From assembly GCA_004321745.1 (NCBI GenBank), contig SGYO01000001.1:54563-118562 (forward strand): DNA of 64,000 nt, read 5' to 3'. This DNA comes from a bacterium (GTDB lineage: Bacteria; Fidelibacterota; Marinisomatia; Marinisomatales; UBA1611). Within the stretch, counting starts at the first letter, position 1, and each line of letters opens with the position of its first letter. The notes beneath the pieces are model-generated. The model worked only from the letters and a program-made list of their open reading frames with translations, was not told where the DNA came from and made no database searches. The translations under genes were made by a program, and so were the position numbers. Shown piece by piece: positions 50,298 to 59,652 of this stretch.

Positions 50298-51545
50298 TTA
50301 ATATGAACTCGATTCTATTTTAAAAGAAACTTTCATACCGTGCTGTAACTCTTTACTTAAAACGCGATATCTTCCAGTAACAATAATATCACCTAAATCT
50401 ACGCCTGTGTTTACAGCATAATAATTTTCACTAGATAATCCAGTATCTACAGGTTTTACAATAGCATACTTCTCACCTTCAGCTGTTTCTTTTCCATTAA
50501 AATTATCAACTAGAATGAACACAACATCGATACCTTCTTTAGCATTTGAATAATTGCTCTCACTATCATCACCATTCTTTTTATCTTCTTCGCCCAACTC
50601 TTCAAAATTTTTAGGCCTTGACACTAGAGATTGAATGGGGATTGATAAAGTATTTTTTATTGTTTCTGAAATGATATTAACAGTACTACTCATTCCTGGG
50701 CGTATTTTATGAGGAGGTTTAAGAACCTTAATCTTCACTTTAAAATTTGTAACTTGCTGTTGACTACCCATGTTCAGATTTTGGGCAGTATGAGCTATCT
50801 CGCTAACTAATCCGTAAAAAAGTGTGTCAGGGAATGCATCAATTTCAATTTCAGTTGTATCTCCGACATCGATTGTGACGACATCGTTCTCATTTACATC
50901 AACCAAAACTTCCATATGGTTTAAATCAGCAATTGTCATTAAAACTCCAGGATTAAACATCCCGCCTAATGCCATTTCTCCTTCTTCTTTTGTAAGACTT
51001 GTTACAATACCATACTTAGGTGCAACTAACTTTGTTTTTGATAGTTCATCTTCTCTTGACAGTAAAGCTGCATTAGCCTGATCAACCTGACTTAAAGCTA
51101 ATTCGTAGGACGCTTCAATCTGCTCAATCTCTTGCTTTGAAATAAGTTTTTGCTCAAATAATTGTTTTGTCCTTTCAAGCTGTGAAGTAACATTTTTCAA
51201 ATTCGCTTTAGAAGATTTTACCTGTGAAAGAGCTTGATCATAAGCAGCTTGATATTGTTTTTTATCTATGCTAATAAGATGCTGACCTGGTTTTACGGTG
51301 TCACCCTCGATTACAGTTATCTTAGTTATCCAACCAGAGACCATTGAAGTAATTTGGACTTCCTCTTCTGGCTGAATAATACCGCTTGCGTTAACTTTAT
51401 GAATAACGTCTCTTTTTACAACCTGTTCAGCAGTGACAAAAAGATTGTCATCTTCTTTTAAAAATTTTGTATAGCCACCAATGATAACTAAACAAATGAT
51501 TATCATTGTAATCCAAAACGTTTTCTTCTTTATCATTTCTACCAT
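50298..51545 (-). CDS. Efflux periplasmic adaptor (MacA-like membrane fusion protein)
   Basis: N-terminal anchor, VIEGDTVKPGQ lipoyl half-motif, coiled-coil hairpin, IRPGMS. Confidence 0.93.
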   Translation of the reverse strand: MVEMIKKKTFWITMIIICLVIIGGYTKFLKEDDNLFVTAEQVVKRDVIHKVNASGIIQPEEEVQITSMVSGWITKITVIEGDTVKPGQHLISIDKKQYQAAYDQALSQVKSSKANLKNVTSQLERTKQLFEQKLISKQEIEQIEASYELALSQVDQANAALLSREDELSKTKLVAPKYGIVTSLTKEEGEMALGGMFNPGVLMTIADLNHMEVLVDVNENDVVTIDVGDTTEIEIDAFPDTLFYGLVSEIAHTAQNLNMGSQQQVTNFKVKIKVLKPPHKIRPGMSSTVNIISETIKNTLSIPIQSLVSRPKNFEELGEEDKKNGDDSESNYSNAKEGIDVVFILVDNFNGKETAEGEKYAIVKPVDTGLSSENYYAVNTGVDLGDIIVTGRYRVLSKELQHGMKVSFKIESSSY

Positions 51546-52888
51546 TATTGCTCTTCTTTATTTTGATATTCTAAATCTAAGACACCAAGAATAGCCTTAA
51601 GGTTCATCTCCTCCACCCTAGCATCATGAATAATATTAATTAAGCTAGAATTTGATCGGATCAAAGAAACTTGTGCATCTAATACCTCAAGTATCGTTGC
51701 TGAACCAACACTGTATTTTTCTTGCACAAGTTTTAAATCCTCCTCTGCAGACAAAACGACTTCCTGATTAATTGGGATTATTTCAGCATAGTTTAAAATT
51801 GATTTTCTAATTAGTTCAATTTGTACTCTTAGGTCATTTATGTTAGAAATATAGTTATTTTCAGATTTTTGCTGCTCTATTTTAGCTCTTTGTTGTGCAG
51901 ATGAAAGTGAGTTCCCAGAGTATAACGGAAGAGTAACCCCCATGTTTACTCCAAAACGCCAATCATCTTTAAACGCTTCTTTTAACTCTTCACTATTATC
52001 TCCGTTTGCTGAATAATCTAAAGATGCAAATATAGATGGCGATCTCATACCTTTAGCGATTTTTACTTGAAGTTTATTTAACTGAATTCGTGATTGTTGA
52101 ATTAATATATTGGGATTTTGTTCTTTTAACAATGTTAGTGCTTCTGCACTAGTTGGTATAGATGTTGGAGACCATTCTTTCGATCTAGCCTGTATGGACT
52201 GTCCAAAATCTATCATGCCCATATCGTTAAATAATTGTCTTCTAGATGCCTCTAATGAAGTTTCTCTATTAAGAAGTTCAACTCTTGCTTGCCCAACAGA
52301 GACTTTGGCTTTCAAAAAATCTGTTTTACTAACCGAACCAAGCTCGAACTGTTTTTGGACTAAATCAATTTGTTTTTGCGATAAAATTAAATTTTCTTTT
52401 GCCACATCTAATAACTCTTGAGATTTTAAAAGAGAATAGTATGATCTTGTAACGTTTTGAATAACCAAAATCTTTGTATTTCTTTCTCGAAGTTTTGAAA
52501 TCTCTAAGTTTATTTTTGCTTGCTTAATTGCATTAACAGATTGTCCTCCATTATATATAGATTTATTAATTGACAACCCAGCAGACATATAACTTGATTC
52601 ACCGCTACTTATTGTATCAATCTCAAGATTAACAAGATCAGGAACAATACTCTCTTGATTTGGATATTTTGTTTTACCACCATTTGTAGAAAAACTAACT
52701 GAAGGCAGCACACCGCTGTAAGAACCAAGTACCTGTTTGGCTGCAGACTGCACATCAAGATCAGCTGAAACCAAAGTTCTTTTTCTTTCTAATGCAATCT
52801 CAATACATTCTGGAAGATCATAAATTTGAGCATTACAAATAGAAAAAAAGTATATAATGAACTGAAATGTGATAAAGTGTTTTTTCAT
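51545..52888 (-). CDS. TolC family outer membrane protein
   Basis: Signal peptide; duplicated OEP repeats (FELGSVSKTD, YSVGSATILEVLDAQ). Confidence 0.93.
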   Translation of the reverse strand: MKKHFITFQFIIYFFSICNAQIYDLPECIEIALERKRTLVSADLDVQSAAKQVLGSYSGVLPSVSFSTNGGKTKYPNQESIVPDLVNLEIDTISSGESSYMSAGLSINKSIYNGGQSVNAIKQAKINLEISKLRERNTKILVIQNVTRSYYSLLKSQELLDVAKENLILSQKQIDLVQKQFELGSVSKTDFLKAKVSVGQARVELLNRETSLEASRRQLFNDMGMIDFGQSIQARSKEWSPTSIPTSAEALTLLKEQNPNILIQQSRIQLNKLQVKIAKGMRSPSIFASLDYSANGDNSEELKEAFKDDWRFGVNMGVTLPLYSGNSLSSAQQRAKIEQQKSENNYISNINDLRVQIELIRKSILNYAEIIPINQEVVLSAEEDLKLVQEKYSVGSATILEVLDAQVSLIRSNSSLINIIHDARVEEMNLKAILGVLDLEYQNKEEQ

Positions 52889-52910
52889 TTGGCAATTGAA
52901 TAAATTTTAA

Positions 52911-52937
52911 AAATAAAAGTCTCAGTATTTTACTGAG
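52911..52937 (-). terminator. Possible intrinsic terminator after the CTU selenoprotein gene
   Basis: Minus-strand CUCAGUA-AAA-UACUGAG followed by ACUUUUAUUU. Confidence 0.4.
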
Positions 52938-53016
52938 CTCAATTTTAATCTTTAATAATATAAATTACTTTGATTAAAAAATTTAAACAGTAAGATTAAG
53001 AAAAAGTTCCTTCAGC

Positions 53017-54264
53017 TTATGAAGGCTTTTTTATCCAATCAGCATTATACATATCGACAAACGCAGGAGCTATGATACTAGTTTCTAAATTATTTGAAAT
53101 TGTATAAAAAATACCAATATCCCCTTGATCAGGCCCTAGTTTCCTTCCATTATTTTGAGTCTTACCATACCACTTCCCTAAGATAACTAATTCAAACTCT
53201 ATGAATTGATTAACCGTTTTATCAAATGTTGCACTTCCTAAAACTTGGGTTTTTATTCCATGATCTAACTTATGATTTGGAGTCCAATCATTCTCACCAA
53301 GTAACCATCCTCCTATTGCTACAGCATTAGCACTTCCACTAATGCTAAAAGATAGCATGGATTTTGTAGAGCTTGTAACCTCTAAACTTAATTTTGAAAA
53401 CTTAATTTCTTCTGGGGCAAAAGGTAAAGTTTGCCCTCTAACATTATCTACGAAATGAAACCTGAATAACCTTTCTTTTATTAATTCTGGACACTCCTGA
53501 ATACTGCCGACAACTTGGTTTTTTGGAAGCCAAAGTAAAGCTTCCTCTTTATTAAACCATATGTGGTCCATATTCCACCTATCACCTCTGTTATCAAAAT
53601 TTGGCGGGTCTGATAACAAATCAGACTTTGCTCCTTTTAATATCAAACCATCAACCGGATAGCTATCCTCCCAACGATGCTTAATTTTTTTGGTAAAATC
53701 TTCAGGGAGCGATTTTTGAGTTGCAGGAAGCATATCCCATTTTTTTAAACCCTCTTTAATAATCTCTAAAACAACATCCGGATTAAGTGAATTAACTGAA
53801 CTTAATAGTTGGCCGCTGGGACTCAGTACATATATACCTTGTCTAGAACCACCCTTTTTTCGATAGTGCCCCTTGTCTGCAATAGATTGAAACATCAAAG
53901 CATCTTCATCATTGGCGCCTTGTAAACGCCAAACTTCATCTGTTGAAGCCACAAAATTTTTTGCGATGTCAATTACTCTCGAATCTGACCAAACAGACCT
54001 CCGGCCCGCTGCTCCGTTATTTCATGTGCACCCTAAAGGATGCCCATTCATAACCCATAAAAGAAGTGGTTTATTAAATTTATCTGCGTCAACTAGTCCA
54101 TCATAGAAAGTAGTCCTCCAAGAGATTTGAGCCCATGCAAGCTCTTTCTCAGTAGGTTTAATAAAGTCTTTCCACATAGTGTAATTAATGCTTGTAAGAG
54201 AAAATTCCTTTTCATTACCTGAACAGCTTAAAAAAATTATAATAATAAATAATATTTTATTCAA
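53017..54264 (-). CDS. Putative selenoprotein: thioredoxin-like-fold lipoprotein with C-T-U motif (415 aa, Sec81)
   Basis: Track ORFs 54022-54264 and 53017-53952 are one frame separated only by TGA at 54024-54022. Readthrough gives KPLLLWVMNGHPLGCT-U-NNGAAGRRSVWSDSRVIDIAKNFVASTDEVW. Lipobox FLSC; SECIS-like hairpin follows. Confidence 0.8.
53992..54010 (-). promoter_or_regulatory. Candidate bacterial SECIS element
   Basis: mRNA AGCGGGCC-GGA-GGUCUGUU (8 bp including G-U pairs); stem starts 11 nt and loop 19 nt after UGA; a GC-rich island in AT-rich DNA. Confidence 0.7.
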
Positions 54265-54347
54265 TGAATACTCTTCTTATTTAAATCAAAATAGCTCATA
54301 TTTTTAATATTATGTTAACTTATGTATAACTAAGCAAAGTAAAAATT

Positions 54348-55958
54348 ATGAATATATATAAATTAATACTTAATTGTACTTTTATATGCTTCTTTGTCAT
54401 TTCTAATCATTCGTGCACAACAAATAAAAGTTATATTTCGGATGAAACATCTTTTTTAGAAGAGATTTCAATAAAAGAAATCCAAAGCGGATATCAAAAT
54501 AATAGGTATACAGTTAACGAAATAGTATCGGCTTACATTGACAGAATAAATTCAATAGATCAATCAGGTCCTAATCTTAATTCAGTATTAACTGTCAATC
54601 CTGATGCATTGACAATTGCAGATTCATTAGACAAGATTCTTCAAAATGAAAAAATAATTAAAAGTCCGCTGTTTGGTATCCCAGTACTGCTTAAAGACAA
54701 CATAGACACGCACGATAAAATGCCTACAACCGCTGGTAGCAGAATACTCCAAAATGCTTTTCCTGTAAGAGATAGTTGGGTGGCAAAAAAATTAAGAGAT
54801 GCTGGCGCTGTTATAATTGGGAAAAGTAATTTAAGTGAGTGGGCAAACTATAGGGCCTCATACTCTAGCAGTGGCTGGAGCGGTTTAGGAGGACAAACAA
54901 AAAATCCATATGTTCTAGATCGCAACCCATGTGGATCTAGCTCAGGCTCAGCAGTTGCTGTTTCAGCCAATTTATGTGCTATAGCAATTGGAACTGAGAC
55001 TTGGGGATCAATAATGTGCCCCTCCAATGCAAATGGTATTGTAGGTATAAAACCAACTGTGGGTTTATGGAGTAGAGCCGGTATCATCCCAATAAGCTAC
55101 ACACAAGACACTGCAGGTCCCATGTCTAGAAATGTTGAAGACGCTGCTGTAATGCTAGGTGCACTTACTGGAGTTGACGATAATGATGATAAAACAAAAG
55201 TAAGTAAAAATAATTCTTTTAAAGACTATACCCAATTTTTGAAAAAAGAAGGTCTCCAGGGTAAAAGAATTGGATATGTTAAAACCATGAATGGCAAAAA
55301 TCATAGATTAGATTTGTTAATGGAGAACACAATCAAAGACCTTAAAAAAGGTGGAGCTGAAATAATTGAAATAAATGATATTTTTCAAAAAATCGATAAC
55401 AAAAAGTCGCCTCAAGAATACGCTGTTGAAATAATGGCTCATGAATTTAAAGATGGCCTGAAAAAATATTTTACTACCTCTGGTGTTGACAACCATGTAA
55501 AAGACCTAGAGGATGCAATAAATCAAACTTTATTAGATAGTATCGAAATGATGTATTTTAATCTTGATAGAATGAAAAACGCGCAATCAAAAGAAAGTCT
55601 AATAGAATCAACATCCTATCAGGAAGCAGTAAAGCATATGAAAACACTTACCGGTGAGCTTGGCATAGATAAAGTTATGAAAAAGCATGACCTAGATGCG
55701 TTCGTATCACCAACAGGAAGCCCAGCTTGGAAAACTGACCTGATTAATGGAGACAAATACTATATTTCAACCACTGTATTTGCTGCCCTGTCTGGATATC
55801 CAAATATTAATGTTCCTATGGGTTTTATTGATAATGTTCCAGTTGGGGTATCATTTTTTGGAACTAAATGGAGCGAACCCACATTAATTGAAATCGCCTA
55901 TGCTTATGAACAACGAACAATTCATAGGAAATCACCAAAATACATTCCTACTGATTAA
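54348..55958 (+). CDS. Amidase-signature family enzyme, probable lipoprotein
   Basis: LLKDNIDT, GKSNLSEWAN, CGSSSGSA, GTETWGSI (Lys-cisSer-Ser triad). Confidence 0.94.
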   Translation: MNIYKLILNCTFICFFVISNHSCTTNKSYISDETSFLEEISIKEIQSGYQNNRYTVNEIVSAYIDRINSIDQSGPNLNSVLTVNPDALTIADSLDKILQNEKIIKSPLFGIPVLLKDNIDTHDKMPTTAGSRILQNAFPVRDSWVAKKLRDAGAVIIGKSNLSEWANYRASYSSSGWSGLGGQTKNPYVLDRNPCGSSSGSAVAVSANLCAIAIGTETWGSIMCPSNANGIVGIKPTVGLWSRAGIIPISYTQDTAGPMSRNVEDAAVMLGALTGVDDNDDKTKVSKNNSFKDYTQFLKKEGLQGKRIGYVKTMNGKNHRLDLLMENTIKDLKKGGAEIIEINDIFQKIDNKKSPQEYAVEIMAHEFKDGLKKYFTTSGVDNHVKDLEDAINQTLLDSIEMMYFNLDRMKNAQSKESLIESTSYQEAVKHMKTLTGELGIDKVMKKHDLDAFVSPTGSPAWKTDLINGDKYYISTTVFAALSGYPNINVPMGFIDNVPVGVSFFGTKWSEPTLIEIAYAYEQRTIHRKSPKYIPTD

Positions 55959-55978
55959 GTCTGTGCTTATGTAAAAAA

Positions 55979-56674
55979 TTATATTTCTGCTGGTTTTAGT
56001 AAATAATTTTGAATGTAAATAAAAAGAACAACTAAAACTACTGAAAAAACTTGCACCATTATTATATACGTTGGCCATTCACCCATTAGAAATGGGCTAA
56101 TTGAGTTTGGCATCACTGTTAAAAACATATAATTACTATCTAGTACATAATTGACTATTGTTATTAACCCAACAATAATATTTGTATAGATCACCACTTG
56201 CAAGATTGATCTGTAATCCATTCGCATATCGTATTTAATCATCATCCATAAAACAGCAAATATTAAAGCAGCGTGATATCCCTGACTATAAAAGAAAAAT
56301 ATTCTAAGCTCAAATAAGTCACCATCAGGTGTCAGAATAGCATTTGTAGCTCCCACAAAACCCCAATAAAAAATCAAATTAAATATAGTTTGATTTCGAT
56401 ACATCAAATTAAAAGCCGCTAAATAAACTCCGATGCTACAAAGTTGTAAAGGGAGATCTTTAGTTATAGAATAATAACCGGTAAAAATTCTGACTAAATC
56501 TTCGGATAGATCTAAAAATATCATTAGAACAGATAGAACAATTAAAAATGTTTTGCTATCATCTTTTATTCCAATTTTATCATTATATCCCAAAAATATA
56601 ATAAAAAGAAAAAGAATGACTATTATCGAAACGATATGGTCTAAACTAAAAACTTCAAATGTATAAGGCAGCAT
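55979..56674 (-). CDS. YwaF/TIGR02206 (TMEM164-like) integral membrane protein
   Basis: LPLQLC, NAILTPD, H in GYHAAL, SNYMFL, WPTYI. Confidence 0.85.
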   Translation of the reverse strand: MLPYTFEVFSLDHIVSIIVILFLFIIFLGYNDKIGIKDDSKTFLIVLSVLMIFLDLSEDLVRIFTGYYSITKDLPLQLCSIGVYLAAFNLMYRNQTIFNLIFYWGFVGATNAILTPDGDLFELRIFFFYSQGYHAALIFAVLWMMIKYDMRMDYRSILQVVIYTNIIVGLITIVNYVLDSNYMFLTVMPNSISPFLMGEWPTYIIMVQVFSVVLVVLFIYIQNYLLKPAEI

Positions 56675-56714
56675 TATAAACGACGATTCATTAACTGATT
56701 AAAACAAATCAAAT

Positions 56715-57218
56715 TTAAAAGGAAAGAATGTCAAATGGTTTATCTCTATGAGCCATAACAGTTTTCTGTTTACCATGAATGTTAAAATTCATAATGTTTA
56801 ATTGATCCTCAAAAGATGAAAATAAAAACCTATTTTCAGAAATAATTTTTTTTATTTTTTTATCTACATCTAAAATTTCTAAATAAAGCCAGACGATATC
56901 AGTTTCAAATTCTTTACCAATCCAACTTAAATCACACTCTTTTTCATTTATAGATAAAAATATCGTTTTAATAATGTAATTAAAAATTAAACTATCTACA
57001 TCTTTCTTATTATCATCATTATCAATGATGATATTTAAATCATTAATTTGATTTATTGTTTTTTCTAAGTCATTTGCGAAAACTCTCATAGTTATTTCAA
57101 TAGACCTCGAATTATCATTAAACTTTAGAGAAATTATCGAAGAATGAAATGGATGAGCGAATAAACAACCAAAAAAGAAGATGCCACATACTACTAAATG
57201 TTTAATTTTATAATTCAT
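56715..57218 (-). CDS. DUF6702-like exported protein
   Basis: Signal peptide, then A-HPFHSS…IEITMRVFANDLE…WLYLE…QLNIM; start set at MNYKIK. Confidence 0.78.
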   Translation of the reverse strand: MNYKIKHLVVCGIFFFGCLFAHPFHSSIISLKFNDNSRSIEITMRVFANDLEKTINQINDLNIIIDNDDNKKDVDSLIFNYIIKTIFLSINEKECDLSWIGKEFETDIVWLYLEILDVDKKIKKIISENRFLFSSFEDQLNIMNFNIHGKQKTVMAHRDKPFDILSF

Positions 57219-57281
57219 TTTTAAATTTAAATTATCTAAAAAAAAAGACATTCAATATTTTTTTAAAAATCATGTTAATTA

Positions 57282-59648
57282 ATGTATAAAAACCATCTAA
57301 AAGTATTTTTTGCAATTATAACTGCAACAGCACTTGCTCAAATTGAAGACAAGTTCAAACAATTAGATCAAGAAATAGCAACACCTAATTCATATAGAAC
57401 TGCAGCAGGCTATCCTGGACATGAGTATTGGCAAAATAGGGCTGATTATACTATAGATGTAAAACTAGATGATGAAAATCAAACTATAAATGGATTTGAA
57501 ACAATAACATATACAAATAACTCACCAGATAATCTTAATTATTTATGGGTGCAACTTGATCAAAATATTCGAGCAAAGGATTCCGACTCGTATAAAATCT
57601 CTACTGGGAAAATGAGAAGCAAATTAGATTTTTCTTCTATGAAGCCTGGATATATATATGGAGATAAAGATGCATTTGATGTCTTAAATGACTTCGATGG
57701 TGGCTTCAATATTGAAGAAGTTGTCACCATAGATGGAAGAAAACTTAATTATACAATAAACAAAACAATGATGAGAATCGACCTGGACAAACCTTTAAGG
57801 TCGAAATCAAAAACATCGATTTCCATACGTTGGAACTATAAAGTGCAAGATAGGATCTTTATGGGTGGTAGGTCTGGATATGAGTTTTTTGAAACAGATA
57901 GTAATTATTTATATACGATCTGTCAGTGGTTTCCAAGAATGGCAATGTACAATGATGTATATGGTTGGCAGAACAAACAATTCTTAGGAAGGGGAGAATT
58001 CACATTGGATTTCGGAGATTATGATGTTCGGATAACCGTTCCAGCAGATCATATAGTTGCATCAACAGGCGAACTGCAAAACATGATGGAAGTGCTAACA
58101 AAAGAACAGATCGATAGATTTAAAAAATCAAGATCTTCAAGTAGTCCTATGATTATCATATCGCAGGATGAAGCAATCATAAATGAAAAATCTAGAAGTA
58201 AAAAAGTTAAGACATGGCGTTATAAAGCCAAGAACGTTAGAGATTTTGCTTTTACTAGTTCCAGAAAATTTATCTGGGATGCAATGGGTGTCAAACTAAG
58301 AGACCGGACTGTAATGGCAATGTCATATTACCCTAAGGAGGCTAACCCCTTATATGAAAGGTACTCAACTAAAGCTGTGGCCCACACGCTAAATGTATAT
58401 TCAAAATATACATTTGATTATCCTTACCCGGTTGCAATTTCTGTAGAAGCAGCTAATGGGATGGAATACCCTATGATTTGTTTTAATTATGGTAGGCCTC
58501 AAAAAGACGGTACTTACTCTGAAAGAATTAAATATGGAATGATAAGTGTAATCATTCATGAGGTTGGACACAATTATTTCCCTATGATCGTGAATTCGGA
58601 TGAACGGCAATGGACATGGATGGATGAGGGGTTAAACTCATACCTACAGTTTTTGACAGAACAAGAATGGGACAGAGATTACCCGAGTAGGCGTGGCCCA
58701 GCTAAAAATATTGTGAATTATATGAAAAGTGATAAAAAAAACCTTATGCCGATAATGACCAATTCTGAATCAATCTACCAATTTGGTAATAATGCTTATG
58801 GCAAACCGGCTACAGCTTTGAACATCTTAAGAGAAACTATAGTAGGCAGGGAATTATTCGATTTCGCATTTAAAGAATATTCAAAAACATGGATGTTCAA
58901 ACACCCAACACCAAGTGATTTTTTCAGAATTCTTGAAAATGCTAGCGCTGTAGATTTAGATTGGTTTTGGCGAGGATGGTTTTATTCAACAGACCCTGTT
59001 GATATTTCAATCGATGAAGTAAAATGGTATACCTTAGATACTAGAAACCCAGAAATCGAATTTCCTCTAAAAAAACTAGATGAGGAAAATGAACCTAATC
59101 AATCTTGGGAAGAAAAAAACCGTATAGGAATCCAAGAAACAATCGTTGAAATAGATGAAGAGGCAAATGATTTTTATAACAAATACGATCCTTATGAAGT
59201 CACAATATTAGATATGGAAGATTTTATTAAATACAGAGATAGTTCTGTAGTAGAACCTCAGGAAAAAAGAATTTATAATTCAAACTTAAACTACTATGAA
59301 ATAAAATTTTCTAATGTTGGAGGACTTGTTATGCCAATAATACTTGAACTTCAGTATGAAGACTCCACTAATTATATCATCAGAATACCTGCAGAAATAT
59401 GGAGAAAAAATAGAGATCAAATCATAAAAGTATTTGCAACAAAAAAACTTGTAAAATCTTTTAACCTAGACCCCCAACTTGAAACAGCAGATATAAACCT
59501 TATAAATAATAATTGGCCTAGAAAAACGATAAAATCAAAATTTGAACTTTATAAAAATAAAAAAAATAACAGATGGAAAAACTTTAAAGAAAATAAAATG
59601 CAGCGGTATAGCAGGTTAAAAAAGATGAAGGAATCAATAAAAGAGTGA
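57282..59648 (+). CDS. M1 family aminopeptidase
   Basis: YWQNRADY, GMEYPM, HEVGHN-x-DEG (HEXXH…E), NAYGKP. Confidence 0.95.
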   Translation: MYKNHLKVFFAIITATALAQIEDKFKQLDQEIATPNSYRTAAGYPGHEYWQNRADYTIDVKLDDENQTINGFETITYTNNSPDNLNYLWVQLDQNIRAKDSDSYKISTGKMRSKLDFSSMKPGYIYGDKDAFDVLNDFDGGFNIEEVVTIDGRKLNYTINKTMMRIDLDKPLRSKSKTSISIRWNYKVQDRIFMGGRSGYEFFETDSNYLYTICQWFPRMAMYNDVYGWQNKQFLGRGEFTLDFGDYDVRITVPADHIVASTGELQNMMEVLTKEQIDRFKKSRSSSSPMIIISQDEAIINEKSRSKKVKTWRYKAKNVRDFAFTSSRKFIWDAMGVKLRDRTVMAMSYYPKEANPLYERYSTKAVAHTLNVYSKYTFDYPYPVAISVEAANGMEYPMICFNYGRPQKDGTYSERIKYGMISVIIHEVGHNYFPMIVNSDERQWTWMDEGLNSYLQFLTEQEWDRDYPSRRGPAKNIVNYMKSDKKNLMPIMTNSESIYQFGNNAYGKPATALNILRETIVGRELFDFAFKEYSKTWMFKHPTPSDFFRILENASAVDLDWFWRGWFYSTDPVDISIDEVKWYTLDTRNPEIEFPLKKLDEENEPNQSWEEKNRIGIQETIVEIDEEANDFYNKYDPYEVTILDMEDFIKYRDSSVVEPQEKRIYNSNLNYYEIKFSNVGGLVMPIILELQYEDSTNYIIRIPAEIWRKNRDQIIKVFATKKLVKSFNLDPQLETADINLINNNWPRKTIKSKFELYKNKKNNRWKNFKENKMQRYSRLKKMKESIKE

Positions 59649-59652
59649 TGTT

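Noticed and set aside
23656-54024. Genome-wide UGA reassignment (code 4 or 25) as the reason for the in-frame TGAs
   Set aside because: TGA is an ordinary stop in pyrG (44616), radA (25604), lptC (42739), the TBDR (35877) and the M1 peptidase (59648). Conserved genes show no internal TGA, and the two exceptions fall at redox-motif positions with hairpins.
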